DNA from: Bdellovibrio sp.
GTDB taxonomy: Bacteria > Bdellovibrionota > Bdellovibrionia > Bdellovibrionales > Bdellovibrionaceae
Assembly: GCA_036677065.1 (NCBI GenBank)
Contig: JAKFBS010000003.1
Span: 128,001 to 192,000 of the forward strand
Direction: 5' to 3'
DNA: 64,000 bases
The position numbers and the translations under genes were made by a program. Shown here piece by piece: positions 1 to 10,283 of this stretch. The notes below the pieces were generated by a model. That model was not told the DNA's origin. It worked only from the letters and a program-made list of their open reading frames with translations, and did not search any database. Positions within the stretch are counted from its first letter, which is position 1. Every line of letters begins with the position of its first letter.

Positions 1-1
1 A

Positions 2-433
2 TACACGATCTTTGAAACTTTAGCAGATGATGGCGTGCGCACCAAAGATATCGATTTATTAACTGAATCAGTTCGTAAACAGTTATCGCGTTCAATCACG
101 GCAAAATATGTTTCTGATGATGGCGCAATGTCAGTGATGACTTTAGATCCTCGTTTAGAAGAATTAGTTTCAAATGCTTTGCTGCAAACTGAACAAGGCG
201 TGCAATTAGTGATGGATCCGCAGTCGGCTTCTAAAATGATTTCAAATATTGCGCAGCAAATTGAAACTCATCCTGAAATTGCAGGCCAGCCGATCTTACT
301 TACGAGCCCAACAGTTCGTCGTCATTTATTTAAATTATTATCAAGATTTATTCCGCAATTAATTGTGCTTTCGCACAGTGAAGTTTCGCCGGAAGCACAA
401 GTTCAATCGGTAGCATCAGTAGGGGTAGCGTAG
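2..433 (+). CDS. flhA: Flagellar export protein FlhA, C-terminal part (5' end truncated by window edge)
   Basis: Frame is open from base 2 (YTIFETLADDGVRTKDIDLLTESVR...QPILLTSPTVRRHL...VLSHSEV), which is the typical FlhA C-terminus. Directly upstream of flhF-flhG-fliA. Confidence 0.93.
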   Translation, partial: YTIFETLADDGVRTKDIDLLTESVRKQLSRSITAKYVSDDGAMSVMTLDPRLEELVSNALLQTEQGVQLVMDPQSASKMISNIAQQIETHPEIAGQPILLTSPTVRRHLFKLLSRFIPQLIVLSHSEVSPEAQVQSVASVGVA

Positions 434-434
434 T

Positions 435-1817
435 ATGCAGATCAAAAAATTCGAAGCTAGATCAATGAAAGAAGCCTTAGAGTTAGTAAAAACTCAGTTA
501 GGCCCTGATGCAGTTATCTTGTCGGCTAAAGAAGTGACAAAGGGATTTGGCTTAGGTGGTGAAAAAAGTATCGAGATCACCGCAGCTTATTCTGAAAACG
601 TTTTACAGCATAGAAAGTATGTTGAATCAAAAATGCCAACGCAGACACGTGAAGCCTTTAAAACGGCATCTGCTCGTCTCCAAAAAGAAACGATGCAGAA
701 ATCAATTGAACAAAGATTGCAACAAATGCAACGTGAAGAAACTCGTAAAAAGCCAATGATTCCTACGACGATGACTCAACGTCGTTATGTTGACATTGAT
801 CGTGAAGACACTGTAGCTCAGGCTCCTGTTGCTGCGCCGCCGTCGAAATATAATCCGACGCCGAAATTAACTCAGCAAGCGCAATCGTCTTTTAATAATT
901 TAGAAGTCGATCAATTGAAATCTGAAATTGATCAGTTAAAAAACTTACTTGGTCAGTTTAAACAAATGCCACAAGGCTTTGTACAGGCTCACCCAGGTGC
1001 TGAACAAGGCGTGAATTACAACTTAAGTTCATACTATTCAATGTTAACACGTAAAGGATTATTACCTGAAGTGGCAGCCGAAATTTTAATTCAGGCACAA
1101 ACTCAAATTACTCCCGATAAACAAAATCAAAAAGCCATCATTGAAGCCTACATTGCAAGATACATTTTAAAATCAGTTCCGGTGGCGCAAGAAAACTTTG
1201 AACAATTTCATTTGTTCATGGGCCCATCTGGTTCGGGTAAAACTTCGACAATGATTAAATACGCCAGTGATTTAGTTTTAAATCATAAAAAACGCGTGGC
1301 TTTAATTTCAACAGACACGATTAAAATCGGTGCTGATGAACAAATGAAAATTTTTGCTCAGATTTTAAATTTACCGTTTATTTCGATTCGGTCTGAGGCT
1401 GACTGGTTTAAAGTTATTCCTTATTTGAGTCAGGTAGATCATGTGCTTGTCGATTTCGCTTCTTTGAATTTAAAGGCAGCTGACGAAATTCGTTATATCA
1501 AAAAAATGATGCCGCCGACATCAGAGCCGGTGCGCACACATTTAGTGTTATCGGCAATGTCAAAAGACGCAGATTTATTAGAAGTGCACAGACGTTATCA
1601 GGCTTTAGAAGTTTCAGATGTGATCTTTACATCTCTTGATGAAGCTTCAATGCATGGAAACATTTATAATTTTATCCAAAAAACCAGAGCTCCAATATTC
1701 GCCTTCGGCATTGGCTCTAGAACACCGGAAGACTTTGAACGTGCGACTGCTGAGCGCGTTTTAGATTTAATTTTAAACATCACCGGTTCAAAAGCAGAAA
1801 CAGGAATGAACTTATGA
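435..1817 (+). CDS. flhF: Flagellar biosynthesis SRP-family GTPase FlhF
   Basis: N-terminus MQIKKFEARSMKEALELVKTQLGPDAVILS, P-loop GPSGSGKTS, C-terminal GIGSRTPEDF; lies between flhA and flhG. Confidence 0.93.
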   Translation: MQIKKFEARSMKEALELVKTQLGPDAVILSAKEVTKGFGLGGEKSIEITAAYSENVLQHRKYVESKMPTQTREAFKTASARLQKETMQKSIEQRLQQMQREETRKKPMIPTTMTQRRYVDIDREDTVAQAPVAAPPSKYNPTPKLTQQAQSSFNNLEVDQLKSEIDQLKNLLGQFKQMPQGFVQAHPGAEQGVNYNLSSYYSMLTRKGLLPEVAAEILIQAQTQITPDKQNQKAIIEAYIARYILKSVPVAQENFEQFHLFMGPSGSGKTSTMIKYASDLVLNHKKRVALISTDTIKIGADEQMKIFAQILNLPFISIRSEADWFKVIPYLSQVDHVLVDFASLNLKAADEIRYIKKMMPPTSEPVRTHLVLSAMSKDADLLEVHRRYQALEVSDVIFTSLDEASMHGNIYNFIQKTRAPIFAFGIGSRTPEDFERATAERVLDLILNITGSKAETGMNL

Positions 1818-2659
1818 GAATAATTGCTATCAGTTCGGGAAAAGGCGGAGTTGGTAAAACCACTTTGTCTTGTAATTTAGGTATCGCTATCGCAGAACAA
1901 AATAAAAGAGTTCTAATGATCGACGGCGATATGGGTTTAGCCAATGTCGATATTCACTTTGGCGTACGCCCTTTGCAGCATTTAGGCGATGTGCTTAAAG
2001 GTAAATCGATCAAAGAATGTATTACACCTTTATATAAAAATATTGATTTGATGGCGGGTGGCAGTGGCTTAGTTGAATTGACTCACTTAAACGCTTTTCA
2101 GCGCCGTGAATTAATTAATCAGGTGCAAGATATGCAATTTTCATATGACTATGCGATTATTGATACGGCCTCAGGAATTTATGAACACGTGTTGCATTTA
2201 AATGCTGTAGCTGATGAATGCATTATCGTTCTTACGCAAGACCCATCAAGCTTTGCTGATGCGTACGCGATGATTAAAGTTCTACATCAAAAATATAAAT
2301 TACAAAATTTTAAAATCGTTTGTAACCAAATGAAGGGTATGAAGGGCGAAGCTCTCTTCATTAAGTTTGCCGAAGTGGTTGAAAGATTTTTATCTGTACG
2401 TCTTAGTTTGCTTGGTAGTCTTCCGTTTGATGAGAATTTACAGAAGTACCAACAGCAACAGCGTACTATTATGAGACAAAACGCGCCTTCTGAAACTGCA
2501 AATATTTTCAGACAAATTGCTGTCGAAATATTAGCCGAAGCTGCTCAGGGCGGGGCTCGCGACTCATTTTCAGAGAATACAGGTCACGCCGGTGAATCGG
2601 CAGGCCAAAAGACCAGTGGGTTGGCAGCTATCTTCAGACCAGCCACAGGTCATGCTTAA
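1814..2659 (+). CDS. flhG: MinD/ParA-family flagellar number regulator FlhG/FleN
   Basis: Deviant Walker A SGKGGVGKT, DGDMGLAN, DAYAMIK; ATGA overlap with flhF. Confidence 0.9.
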   Translation: MRIIAISSGKGGVGKTTLSCNLGIAIAEQNKRVLMIDGDMGLANVDIHFGVRPLQHLGDVLKGKSIKECITPLYKNIDLMAGGSGLVELTHLNAFQRRELINQVQDMQFSYDYAIIDTASGIYEHVLHLNAVADECIIVLTQDPSSFADAYAMIKVLHQKYKLQNFKIVCNQMKGMKGEALFIKFAEVVERFLSVRLSLLGSLPFDENLQKYQQQQRTIMRQNAPSETANIFRQIAVEILAEAAQGGARDSFSENTGHAGESAGQKTSGLAAIFRPATGHA

Positions 2660-2740
2660 TCGATAAAATAATTATTGGACTATCGGAACTGAACAAAGTT
2701 TCGGTAAACTATAGATGATACGCACGAGGGGTAAAATTGA

Positions 2741-3526
2741 ATGTCTAAAGCTAATCTACTGAAAAAGTACTCTAAAGATGAGCCTAAAAAAATTAAGCGC
2801 GAGCAAAAAGAAGAGCTTATTAAAGAGTATGCGCCGCTTATTCGTTTTGTGGCGCAAAAAATTGCAGTACGTTTACCACCGAACATCGACATCGATGATT
2901 TAATTTCTGCAGGTGCGATTGGTTTAATGGATGCTATCGATAAATGGGATCCAACTCGTGATAATAAATTTAAAACTTATGCTGAATTTCGTATTCGTGG
3001 TGCGATCTTAGATGAATTACGTTCACAAGATTGGATTCCGCGTTCAGTGCGTGATAAATCAAAAGCTTTAGATCGTACGATCACTGCCTTAGAATCAGAA
3101 TTAGGCCGTTCTCCGACTGACGAAGAGATCTCTGCGCGTTTAAATATGCCGATCGAAGAATTTCATGATTTAATTAATCAAGTTCGTCCGGTCAGTTTAT
3201 TATCTATTGATGATCAACCTTCATTTAGCGATTCAGATAAAAAATCTATCGTGAATTTATTAGAAGGTGCTAAATCACATAATCCATTTAATCAGTTAAA
3301 CGTTAAAGTGGTCAAAGATGTTGTCGCTAAAGCGATCGAAGATCTGCCAGAGCGCCAGCGTTTAGTGTTATCATTATATTACTTCGAAGATCTGAATTTA
3401 AAAGAGATCGGACAAGTCTTACGTGTAACTGAATCACGTGTTTCGCAGTTACATGCGCAAGCGGTATTGCGCTTACGTGCTAAACTTGCAGCTTCAATTG
3501 AAGCCGGCGAGTTAGAAGCTATTTAG
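2741..3526 (+). CDS. fliA: RNA polymerase sigma-28 factor FliA/WhiG
   Basis: DDLISAGAIGLMDA, FKTYAEFRIRGAILDELRSQDWIPRSVR, LKEIGQVLRVTESRVSQLH. Confidence 0.96.
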   Translation: MSKANLLKKYSKDEPKKIKREQKEELIKEYAPLIRFVAQKIAVRLPPNIDIDDLISAGAIGLMDAIDKWDPTRDNKFKTYAEFRIRGAILDELRSQDWIPRSVRDKSKALDRTITALESELGRSPTDEEISARLNMPIEEFHDLINQVRPVSLLSIDDQPSFSDSDKKSIVNLLEGAKSHNPFNQLNVKVVKDVVAKAIEDLPERQRLVLSLYYFEDLNLKEIGQVLRVTESRVSQLHAQAVLRLRAKLAASIEAGELEAI

Positions 3527-3560
3527 CTGTCATTTACTTTGCCAAAGTCCAGTCATTCGC

Positions 3561-3594
3561 ACTTGTTGTTTCATCTTGATACAACAAGTCTTTT
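3561..3594 (+). terminator. Probable intrinsic terminator after fliA
   Basis: Inverted repeat ACTTGTTGT/ACAACAAGT followed by CTTTT. Confidence 0.55.
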
Positions 3595-3657
3595 AAAAAC
3601 GATCTCATGTCGCGTTTAGCGGCATGAAATTGGCTGAAATTTTTCTGCGACAAAACT

Positions 3658-3684
3658 TCATAAATTCGTCAAATATTCCGACAC
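3658..3684 (+). promoter_or_regulatory. Putative sigma-28 promoter of fibre gene 1
   Basis: TCAT-N15-TCCGACAC, ending 7 nt before GTG 3692; a near-identical element precedes fibre gene 2. Confidence 0.5.
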
Positions 3685-3691
3685 GTTAGCT

Positions 3692-6600
3692 GTGGAACGT
3701 ACATGTCGGCAGAATAAAATTCTGAATCACAATTATTTTCTATTTTTTGTGTTTACCCTGTTAAACATGGCATTCGCATTTGCAGGCCCTTCGCGCACAA
3801 CTTATCAGGCAAAAATTATTAAGCCAGATGGTTATCCTCTTGAAGCTTCAACTGTTAATTTTAAATTCACGATTTTAGATCCGGTAGGAAGTTGTATTTT
3901 ATACGCTGAAACTTATTCGAATGTGAATATGGGTTCAACAGCAGGCTTAGTTTCATTTTCATTAGGCAGTGGAGTGCGAACGTTTCCAGTCAGCGGCAGC
4001 ACATTCGAGCAAGTGTTCAGTAACACAACGGCATCGCTGCCTTGTGATGCGGGTGGCCCGGGAACTTACTCTCCGTTAGCTACAGACACGCGCCGGGTTG
4101 TGATGCAGTTTCATGATGGTAATGGTTGGCAAACATTACCGGCAATGACAATCAACGCCGTTCCTTACGCGATGTATGCCAATGACTCTTTAAAGTTTAG
4201 TGGCAAAGACATTACTGATTTTGTCCAAGTGGCAAGTTTACCAACATGTACAGCCAGTGAAGCCGTGCGCTTTAACGGCGCAGGATTTTCTTGTGTGGCT
4301 GTTGGTAATCCCAATGTAAGTGTGACTTCGAGTTCGGTGATCGCAGCATTGGGCTATACTCCGGCAGATGGCGCCGATGTGACTTCGACGTTAAGTTCAG
4401 TTTCATCAACAGTATTTTCGGTTTCAAGCACAGTCACAAGTTTACAAAATTCTGTGACCGCAAGTTTTGCCACGATCACCAGTTCACAGTGGATTGCAAG
4501 CGGAACAAGTATTTCTTACTCTTCGGGAAATGTTGGAATCGGAACGAGTGATCCGCAACGCCGCTTTGTAGTTCGTGCTGACAGTAACGGTACTCTGACT
4601 AATTCTGCATTTTACAATGGAGACACCACAAACAACAATGCTGTTGTGCTTTCATTGCGAACCGACACAACTGGATCAAGTGCTGTAGCTTTTCATCAAG
4701 CTGCAGGAATTTCAGTAATAGTCACTGAACATAATCACAACACGCGTAATGCAAACTTAGGCTTTTACACTGACTCAGCATCTTCACCATCGGCGTTGCG
4801 TATGAATATTACGGGCACGGGTAATGTGGGTATTGGTTTAGCCAATCCGATCACAAAACTTGATGTCGCTGGTGGGGTTCGTTTAGGTGCTGAAGCTGCA
4901 ACTTGTTCTGCAGCTTATGCGGGTACACTCAGATATAATTCTGGTGTTGTCGAATACTGTAACGGAACAACCTGGGTAACATTCGGTGTTTCGGGTGCAG
5001 GTATTTTAGCTATTAACGGCTTAGTCTCTGGATCACAAACTTTTGCTCTGGGAGCTTCTGGCGTCGCGCCAAATGTTTCTTCAACTGGAACTGTTCACAC
5101 TTTTAATTTTCCGTTGGCTTCAACTGCAGCAACAACTGCAGGATTGATTTCGTATAATGATTATTTAAATTTTTCAAATAAACAATCAGCCACAAGTGCA
5201 GCTGTCGTTGCCACACTTGGTTACACACCGGCTAATGTTGTCAGTGTGACAACGCTTTCTTCGACGATATCAAGTTTATCTGTAACTACAGCAGCAAGTT
5301 TTGCAGCGATTACAAGTTCACAATGGGTCAGCAGCGGAAGCACGATTCATTACAACAATGGCAATGTCGGCATCGGAACAACTTCGCCGAACTCAAAATT
5401 ACATGTTGGCTATTCAGTGGTAAATGATGCAGTCAATACCTTAGCCAGTTTTGGTTATTCGACTTTGCAGAATCGTTCGATCAATATTCAAAGTATTGGT
5501 AATTTTTCGACCAATGATCAATATATATTATTAAGTGGTACTTTAGGTTCAGGTTCAGTTGTCGGAACGCCGACGTTGACATCGGCGTTCGCGCCGTCGT
5601 TCGGTCTTGAAGCAAACAATACCGGGATGAGCCTGATCACTGCAAACTGGGGAACAGACATGGCTCCGGTGCGTGCTTTAACTGTAGCTCCTACAGGCAA
5701 CGTCGGTATCGGTACAAGTTCACCGACGCAAAAATTACAAGTGCAAGATGGCAAAATTTTAGCTACAGGTGCTGGTGGTTTTTACCAAGTGGGTGCAGAT
5801 ACAAGTGATTCAAATCTGGGTAAGGTTTCATTTCACGGTACCAGCACAAATACCACAGGTCAGTACTGGACAGGTTTAGCTTACAGCAATGGAAGCGGTT
5901 GGATGTCTGTAGGTGGCGGCACGAGTTTAAATCTATATTTAGATTCAGGCAGCAGCCCTAGTTATGGCAGTCATGTATTTCGCAAAGTCGGTTGGGATGG
6001 TTCGAATCGCACCTTAACAGAACAAATGCGCTTAGATTATCTTGGCAATTTAGGTCTTGGTGTTGCAAATCCTACAGCGAAATTACATTTAACATCAGGA
6101 ACATCAGTCACTGCGGCTTTAAGATTTACAGCATCGACATTAACCACTGCTGCCCAAACCGGAGCGATGGAATATGATGGGGCAAATTTTTATTTAACAG
6201 ACGCATCAAATAATCGTCGCGCGATTGCAACGGGTTCAAGTTCTGGCTCAATTGATAATGCTTCAATCATTAATTCGACAGGAAACATTTCGATGGTTCC
6301 TGTGGGATCAGTCATTGTTTCAAGTACAACATCATCAACAAGCACTAGTACAGGAGCTTTGATTGTCAAAGGTGGCGCCGGTATTGCCGGTGATATTAAT
6401 GTCGGCGGCTCTATCACTGGCAGCAACACTGGCCAAATTGATTTTGCGGGTAACTTAGGTGATGGCAGTGGTGGTATGCGCCTTTCAAGTGTTGGCAGTG
6501 TGGATGTCGCCATTGATACTGATAACAACGATACGATTCGCCAGTTCAGAGTTATGACTAACGGCAGTGACCGTGCAAGTGCTACGACATTAATGGCCGT

Positions 6601-9600
6601 TACTGAAGCGGGTAATGTGGGTATCGGCACAACGGCCCCTTTGGTTGCTCTAGATGTTGTAGGTACGTTTCGTTTGGCCACATCTGTAAGTTCAGCCTCA
6701 AACATTGAAATGGGTAACATGATTTACGGAAGTTTAAACCCAGGGGTTTCAACTTCAAATGGGGCTTACATTCAAGGTCCATCGAATGGATCGTTAGTGG
6801 TCGATATCAGAAATAATCAAATTGATGACGCCTTTGCAATTCGTTATTCGGCATCAAACACCGGGGTAGTTGATAGCATTGGTATGGTATTAAATGGCCA
6901 AGGTCGTATGGGTATCGGTACATCTTCACCAACACGCGTTTTAGAAGTTTTTCAGGCTGACACGTCGACTGAGCTCGGCGCATTTATTAATGCAAATTCT
7001 GTTTCAAACACGACTGCCGGTGCGCTGGTTCGAATTCATAATACGTCTCCGGTTGATAACAAAACTGTTTTCAGATTAGGAAAAAGAAATTCAGCAGATA
7101 CGTTATTTAATTATGGTGATTTCAGATTAAATAATGCAGGTGATATCGAATTCGCTGTGGGGACCGGTACTCCGAGTTTAAGTGTGCCCGAAATGGTTTT
7201 ATCTTCTGGCGGAAACCTGGGTATCGGAACTTCAGCTCCGGCTTCGCGCTTACATGTTTTTGATAACGGTCCCGTTTTGTTAACGCTTGAACGTCAGAAT
7301 AATCAAAACAGTTTGATTGAGTATAAAAATTCTCTCGGAAGCATTTATGCAGGACAAATAAATGGAACAACCAGTTGGGGCGTCGGATCAGGCCTTGATT
7401 TAGGGGTCACAGGAATTTTTCAGGTTACAAATACCGGTCGAGTTTATATTGGTGGAACTATAACACCAACAGCGCGATTACATATTACACCAGGAACTTC
7501 TTCAGTAGCGCCGCTTAAATTAGGTCTTGGCGTTTTATTAACTTCACCACAATCGGGAACGATCGAATACGATGGCACTGATTATTACGTGACTGATAAT
7601 TCTGGCATTCGCCGTACAATTGCAACAGCAACTACGGGCGGAGTATTAACAAACACAAATACAGTGTCATCAACTTCTGGAATTGTACTATGGCCTGCGG
7701 CAGGTAATTCAGTTACAGTTTCTTCAACAGTAGCTTCAACAAATTCTTCAACAGGTGCTTTAATTGTGAATGGCGGAGCAGGTATTGCTGGCGCATTAAA
7801 TGTTGGTGGTATCATCAGCGGTTCTGCGATAATTAAAGGAACTGGTTTTAGAGCGAATCAAGGTGCACCAGATGCAGGGGATTCCTCAACTGTCGGTTAC
7901 GCCTTCGGTGCTGATGGTGACACGGGGATTTTCTCTCCGGGCTCAGGTTCAGCTAACGGGCAGCTATCATTTTATTCAAACAATGGCGAACGCATGCGTA
8001 TGACGGCCAGTGGTGCTTTGGGTATCGGGCAGATTCCGACAGCGCAATTGCATGTTTTTGAAAATACAACTTTAGGAACCGGTTTTGGTTCGTATGATTT
8101 AAACAATGCAGTTCTTCGTGTGCAAGAAGCAGCTGGCAATGGATTATTTGTTGACGGAAATAGTATACTTAGTGATGTGGCCGGTGGATTTTCTGTCGGA
8201 ACAATTCAAGCTCAGCCAATTATATTCGGTACAAGCGATACCGAAAGAATGCGTCTTAATGCCAACGGCAATGTCGGTATTGGAGCTACAAATCCGAATC
8301 GCATGTTACATATTGCTACTTCTGGTAATAGCACAGGGGTATTAATTGAAGATAATGTGGCGGCTAATACAGCTCCTTATTTGGAAATTCGTGGTAACCG
8401 TAATGATGGAAATATATATTCGAATTTTGCCGGGCAAGTTGTATTAACTAAAAATCGAACTGATGCGGCCATCAATACAGGCAGTCATTTGGGGCGATTG
8501 GCATTTGGTGGTAATCACACAGACGGAAACATTACTAATATTGGCTACACAGCATCTATCATAGGTATTGCTGAAGGTAATTTTAATTCGGCAGCTGATA
8601 TGCCAACTGGTATTGCATTCTTAACGGGAGATACTTCTAATCACCCATCAACTAACAATGTAAATATCGGCAGCGAGCGTATGCGTATTACTTCGACTGG
8701 TAATATCGGTATTGGAACGTCGGCGCCAGCAGCTAAACTTGATGTAAGGCTTGGTGCAACTTCGAGTTCAGTCATTGCTATAAGTGAATCAGATGAGCAG
8801 GGATTTGTGGTTGGTGGAAACCTTATCGGCAACGGGGTTGAGAATAGAGTATTTATTGGTCGTACAGGCTATTCGATTGATTCAGCTACTTGGAATAACC
8901 CACTCGAGCTAGTCTCTATCAAAGCAAATGGCTACGTCGGCCTGGGTTCATCAAATCCGGCATCGATTTTATCAGTCGAACAAAATACAAATGCCGATAC
9001 TTTTGTGAATATAACAAATAATAATTCAGGCACTTTAGCCAGAGCCGGCGTCGTCATGACGAACAGCGGTTCGACCTACGGTTCTAATTCTGCAGGTGTA
9101 TTACTTGGTGGCGTGTCGAGCACGACTGCGCTAAATCAGTTAGCGCTTTTTTCTAATAGCGGTATTGTCAGCGGTATCAATATATCGGCAAGCGCTGGCG
9201 GCATTAGATTGTCTACCGGCGCGATCGAAAGAATGCGAGTCGACAGTACAGGCTATGTGGGTATCGGAACAACTTCTCCCACGGCACAATTACAAATTGG
9301 TAAACAAGAAGCTGCAGCCGGAACTTCCGGCACCATTACTCGTATGGCCATTCACCCTTACGGTCACACAGGTGGCCCATGGAAAATAGACGCACGTGAT
9401 CTGGGAGCTGATGCATTTTTAGATTTGAATTACGGTGCAGGCCAAGTAATGACTTTTGAAAACGATGGCAAAGTCGGTATTGGAACGGTCACGCCAACGC
9501 AAAAACTGCACGTCAGCGGCAGTGTACAAATTAATGGTGATATCTATGGTGGTCTATACGGTGGCACACGCGCGATCTGGCGCTTTAGCACAGCTGATCC

Positions 9601-10201
9601 TAATTTCGGTATTTTTTATACTGAAGCTTCGCCTGATAAAATTTCTTTTTCACCAAATGGTGGTGGAGTGTCGACGCCGACAATGGTGGTTTATGGAACA
9701 AACGTGGGTATTGGTGTATCAGCGCCAGCATACCAGCTACAGTTGTCGACAGATTCTGCGGCAAAACCTGGAACAAGCACTTGGACAATTGCCTCTGATG
9801 AACGTCTTAAAGATATTCGCGCTCCGTTTACTCGCGGCATCGCCGCTTTAAATGGTTTGAACACAGTTTATTTTAATTACAAACAAGATAATCCTCTTGG
9901 TCTTCCATCCAGCAAAGAGTTTGTGGGTATCAAAGCTCAGGATGTGTTGAAAGTTATTCCTGAAGCAGTGGCGCAGGATGATGCCGGTTATTTTCATGTT
10001 ACCAATGACTCGATTATTTGGACGGCAGTAAATGCTATTAAAGAAATTTATCAAAAGTTGATCGGTGTCGAAGTTGAAATAAAAAATCTTAAAGTAGAGA
10101 ACGCTGTTAAAGATCGTAAAATCCAAAGTCTTGAACAAGAAAATGCGGCGATTAAAGCTTATCTTTGCAGTAAAGATCCTGCGGCTCCGATTTGTAAATA
10201 A
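3692..10201 (+). CDS. Large phage-tail-fibre-like trimeric adhesin (Bdellovibrio MAT-type) with C-terminal peptidase S74 intramolecular chaperone
   Basis: Signal peptide; N-domain TYQAKIIKPDG...INAVPYAMYA; many GNVGIGT repeats and LGYTPA motifs; C-terminal SDERLKDI...GIKAQDVLKVIPEAV...AIKEI followed by a coiled coil. Confidence 0.85.
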   Translation: MERTCRQNKILNHNYFLFFVFTLLNMAFAFAGPSRTTYQAKIIKPDGYPLEASTVNFKFTILDPVGSCILYAETYSNVNMGSTAGLVSFSLGSGVRTFPVSGSTFEQVFSNTTASLPCDAGGPGTYSPLATDTRRVVMQFHDGNGWQTLPAMTINAVPYAMYANDSLKFSGKDITDFVQVASLPTCTASEAVRFNGAGFSCVAVGNPNVSVTSSSVIAALGYTPADGADVTSTLSSVSSTVFSVSSTVTSLQNSVTASFATITSSQWIASGTSISYSSGNVGIGTSDPQRRFVVRADSNGTLTNSAFYNGDTTNNNAVVLSLRTDTTGSSAVAFHQAAGISVIVTEHNHNTRNANLGFYTDSASSPSALRMNITGTGNVGIGLANPITKLDVAGGVRLGAEAATCSAAYAGTLRYNSGVVEYCNGTTWVTFGVSGAGILAINGLVSGSQTFALGASGVAPNVSSTGTVHTFNFPLASTAATTAGLISYNDYLNFSNKQSATSAAVVATLGYTPANVVSVTTLSSTISSLSVTTAASFAAITSSQWVSSGSTIHYNNGNVGIGTTSPNSKLHVGYSVVNDAVNTLASFGYSTLQNRSINIQSIGNFSTNDQYILLSGTLGSGSVVGTPTLTSAFAPSFGLEANNTGMSLITANWGTDMAPVRALTVAPTGNVGIGTSSPTQKLQVQDGKILATGAGGFYQVGADTSDSNLGKVSFHGTSTNTTGQYWTGLAYSNGSGWMSVGGGTSLNLYLDSGSSPSYGSHVFRKVGWDGSNRTLTEQMRLDYLGNLGLGVANPTAKLHLTSGTSVTAALRFTASTLTTAAQTGAMEYDGANFYLTDASNNRRAIATGSSSGSIDNASIINSTGNISMVPVGSVIVSSTTSSTSTSTGALIVKGGAGIAGDINVGGSITGSNTGQIDFAGNLGDGSGGMRLSSVGSVDVAIDTDNNDTIRQFRVMTNGSDRASATTLMAVTEAGNVGIGTTAPLVALDVVGTFRLATSVSSASNIEMGNMIYGSLNPGVSTSNGAYIQGPSNGSLVVDIRNNQIDDAFAIRYSASNTGVVDSIGMVLNGQGRMGIGTSSPTRVLEVFQADTSTELGAFINANSVSNTTAGALVRIHNTSPVDNKTVFRLGKRNSADTLFNYGDFRLNNAGDIEFAVGTGTPSLSVPEMVLSSGGNLGIGTSAPASRLHVFDNGPVLLTLERQNNQNSLIEYKNSLGSIYAGQINGTTSWGVGSGLDLGVTGIFQVTNTGRVYIGGTITPTARLHITPGTSSVAPLKLGLGVLLTSPQSGTIEYDGTDYYVTDNSGIRRTIATATTGGVLTNTNTVSSTSGIVLWPAAGNSVTVSSTVASTNSSTGALIVNGGAGIAGALNVGGIISGSAIIKGTGFRANQGAPDAGDSSTVGYAFGADGDTGIFSPGSGSANGQLSFYSNNGERMRMTASGALGIGQIPTAQLHVFENTTLGTGFGSYDLNNAVLRVQEAAGNGLFVDGNSILSDVAGGFSVGTIQAQPIIFGTSDTERMRLNANGNVGIGATNPNRMLHIATSGNSTGVLIEDNVAANTAPYLEIRGNRNDGNIYSNFAGQVVLTKNRTDAAINTGSHLGRLAFGGNHTDGNITNIGYTASIIGIAEGNFNSAADMPTGIAFLTGDTSNHPSTNNVNIGSERMRITSTGNIGIGTSAPAAKLDVRLGATSSSVIAISESDEQGFVVGGNLIGNGVENRVFIGRTGYSIDSATWNNPLELVSIKANGYVGLGSSNPASILSVEQNTNADTFVNITNNNSGTLARAGVVMTNSGSTYGSNSAGVLLGGVSSTTALNQLALFSNSGIVSGINISASAGGIRLSTGAIERMRVDSTGYVGIGTTSPTAQLQIGKQEAAAGTSGTITRMAIHPYGHTGGPWKIDARDLGADAFLDLNYGAGQVMTFENDGKVGIGTVTPTQKLHVSGSVQINGDIYGGLYGGTRAIWRFSTADPNFGIFYTEASPDKISFSPNGGGVSTPTMVVYGTNVGIGVSAPAYQLQLSTDSAAKPGTSTWTIASDERLKDIRAPFTRGIAALNGLNTVYFNYKQDNPLGLPSSKEFVGIKAQDVLKVIPEAVAQDDAGYFHVTNDSIIWTAVNAIKEIYQKLIGVEVEIKNLKVENAVKDRKIQSLEQENAAIKAYLCSKDPAAPICK

Positions 10202-10249
10202 ACCTAGTTCTGCTGTCTCAATTTCGAACATGGTGATTTATCCAAATCT

Positions 10250-10276
10250 TCATAAAATCGTCAAATGTTCCGATAA
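10250..10276 (+). promoter_or_regulatory. Putative sigma-28 promoter of fibre gene 2
   Basis: TCAT-N15-TCCGATAA, ending 7 nt before GTG 10284. Confidence 0.55.
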
Positions 10277-10283
10277 GTTAAGA

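Noticed and set aside
10131..10283. 51-aa N-terminal extension of fibre gene 2 shown in the ORF track
   Set aside because: It overlaps the upstream gene and spans the duplicated promoter; homology with gene 1 begins at GTG 10284.
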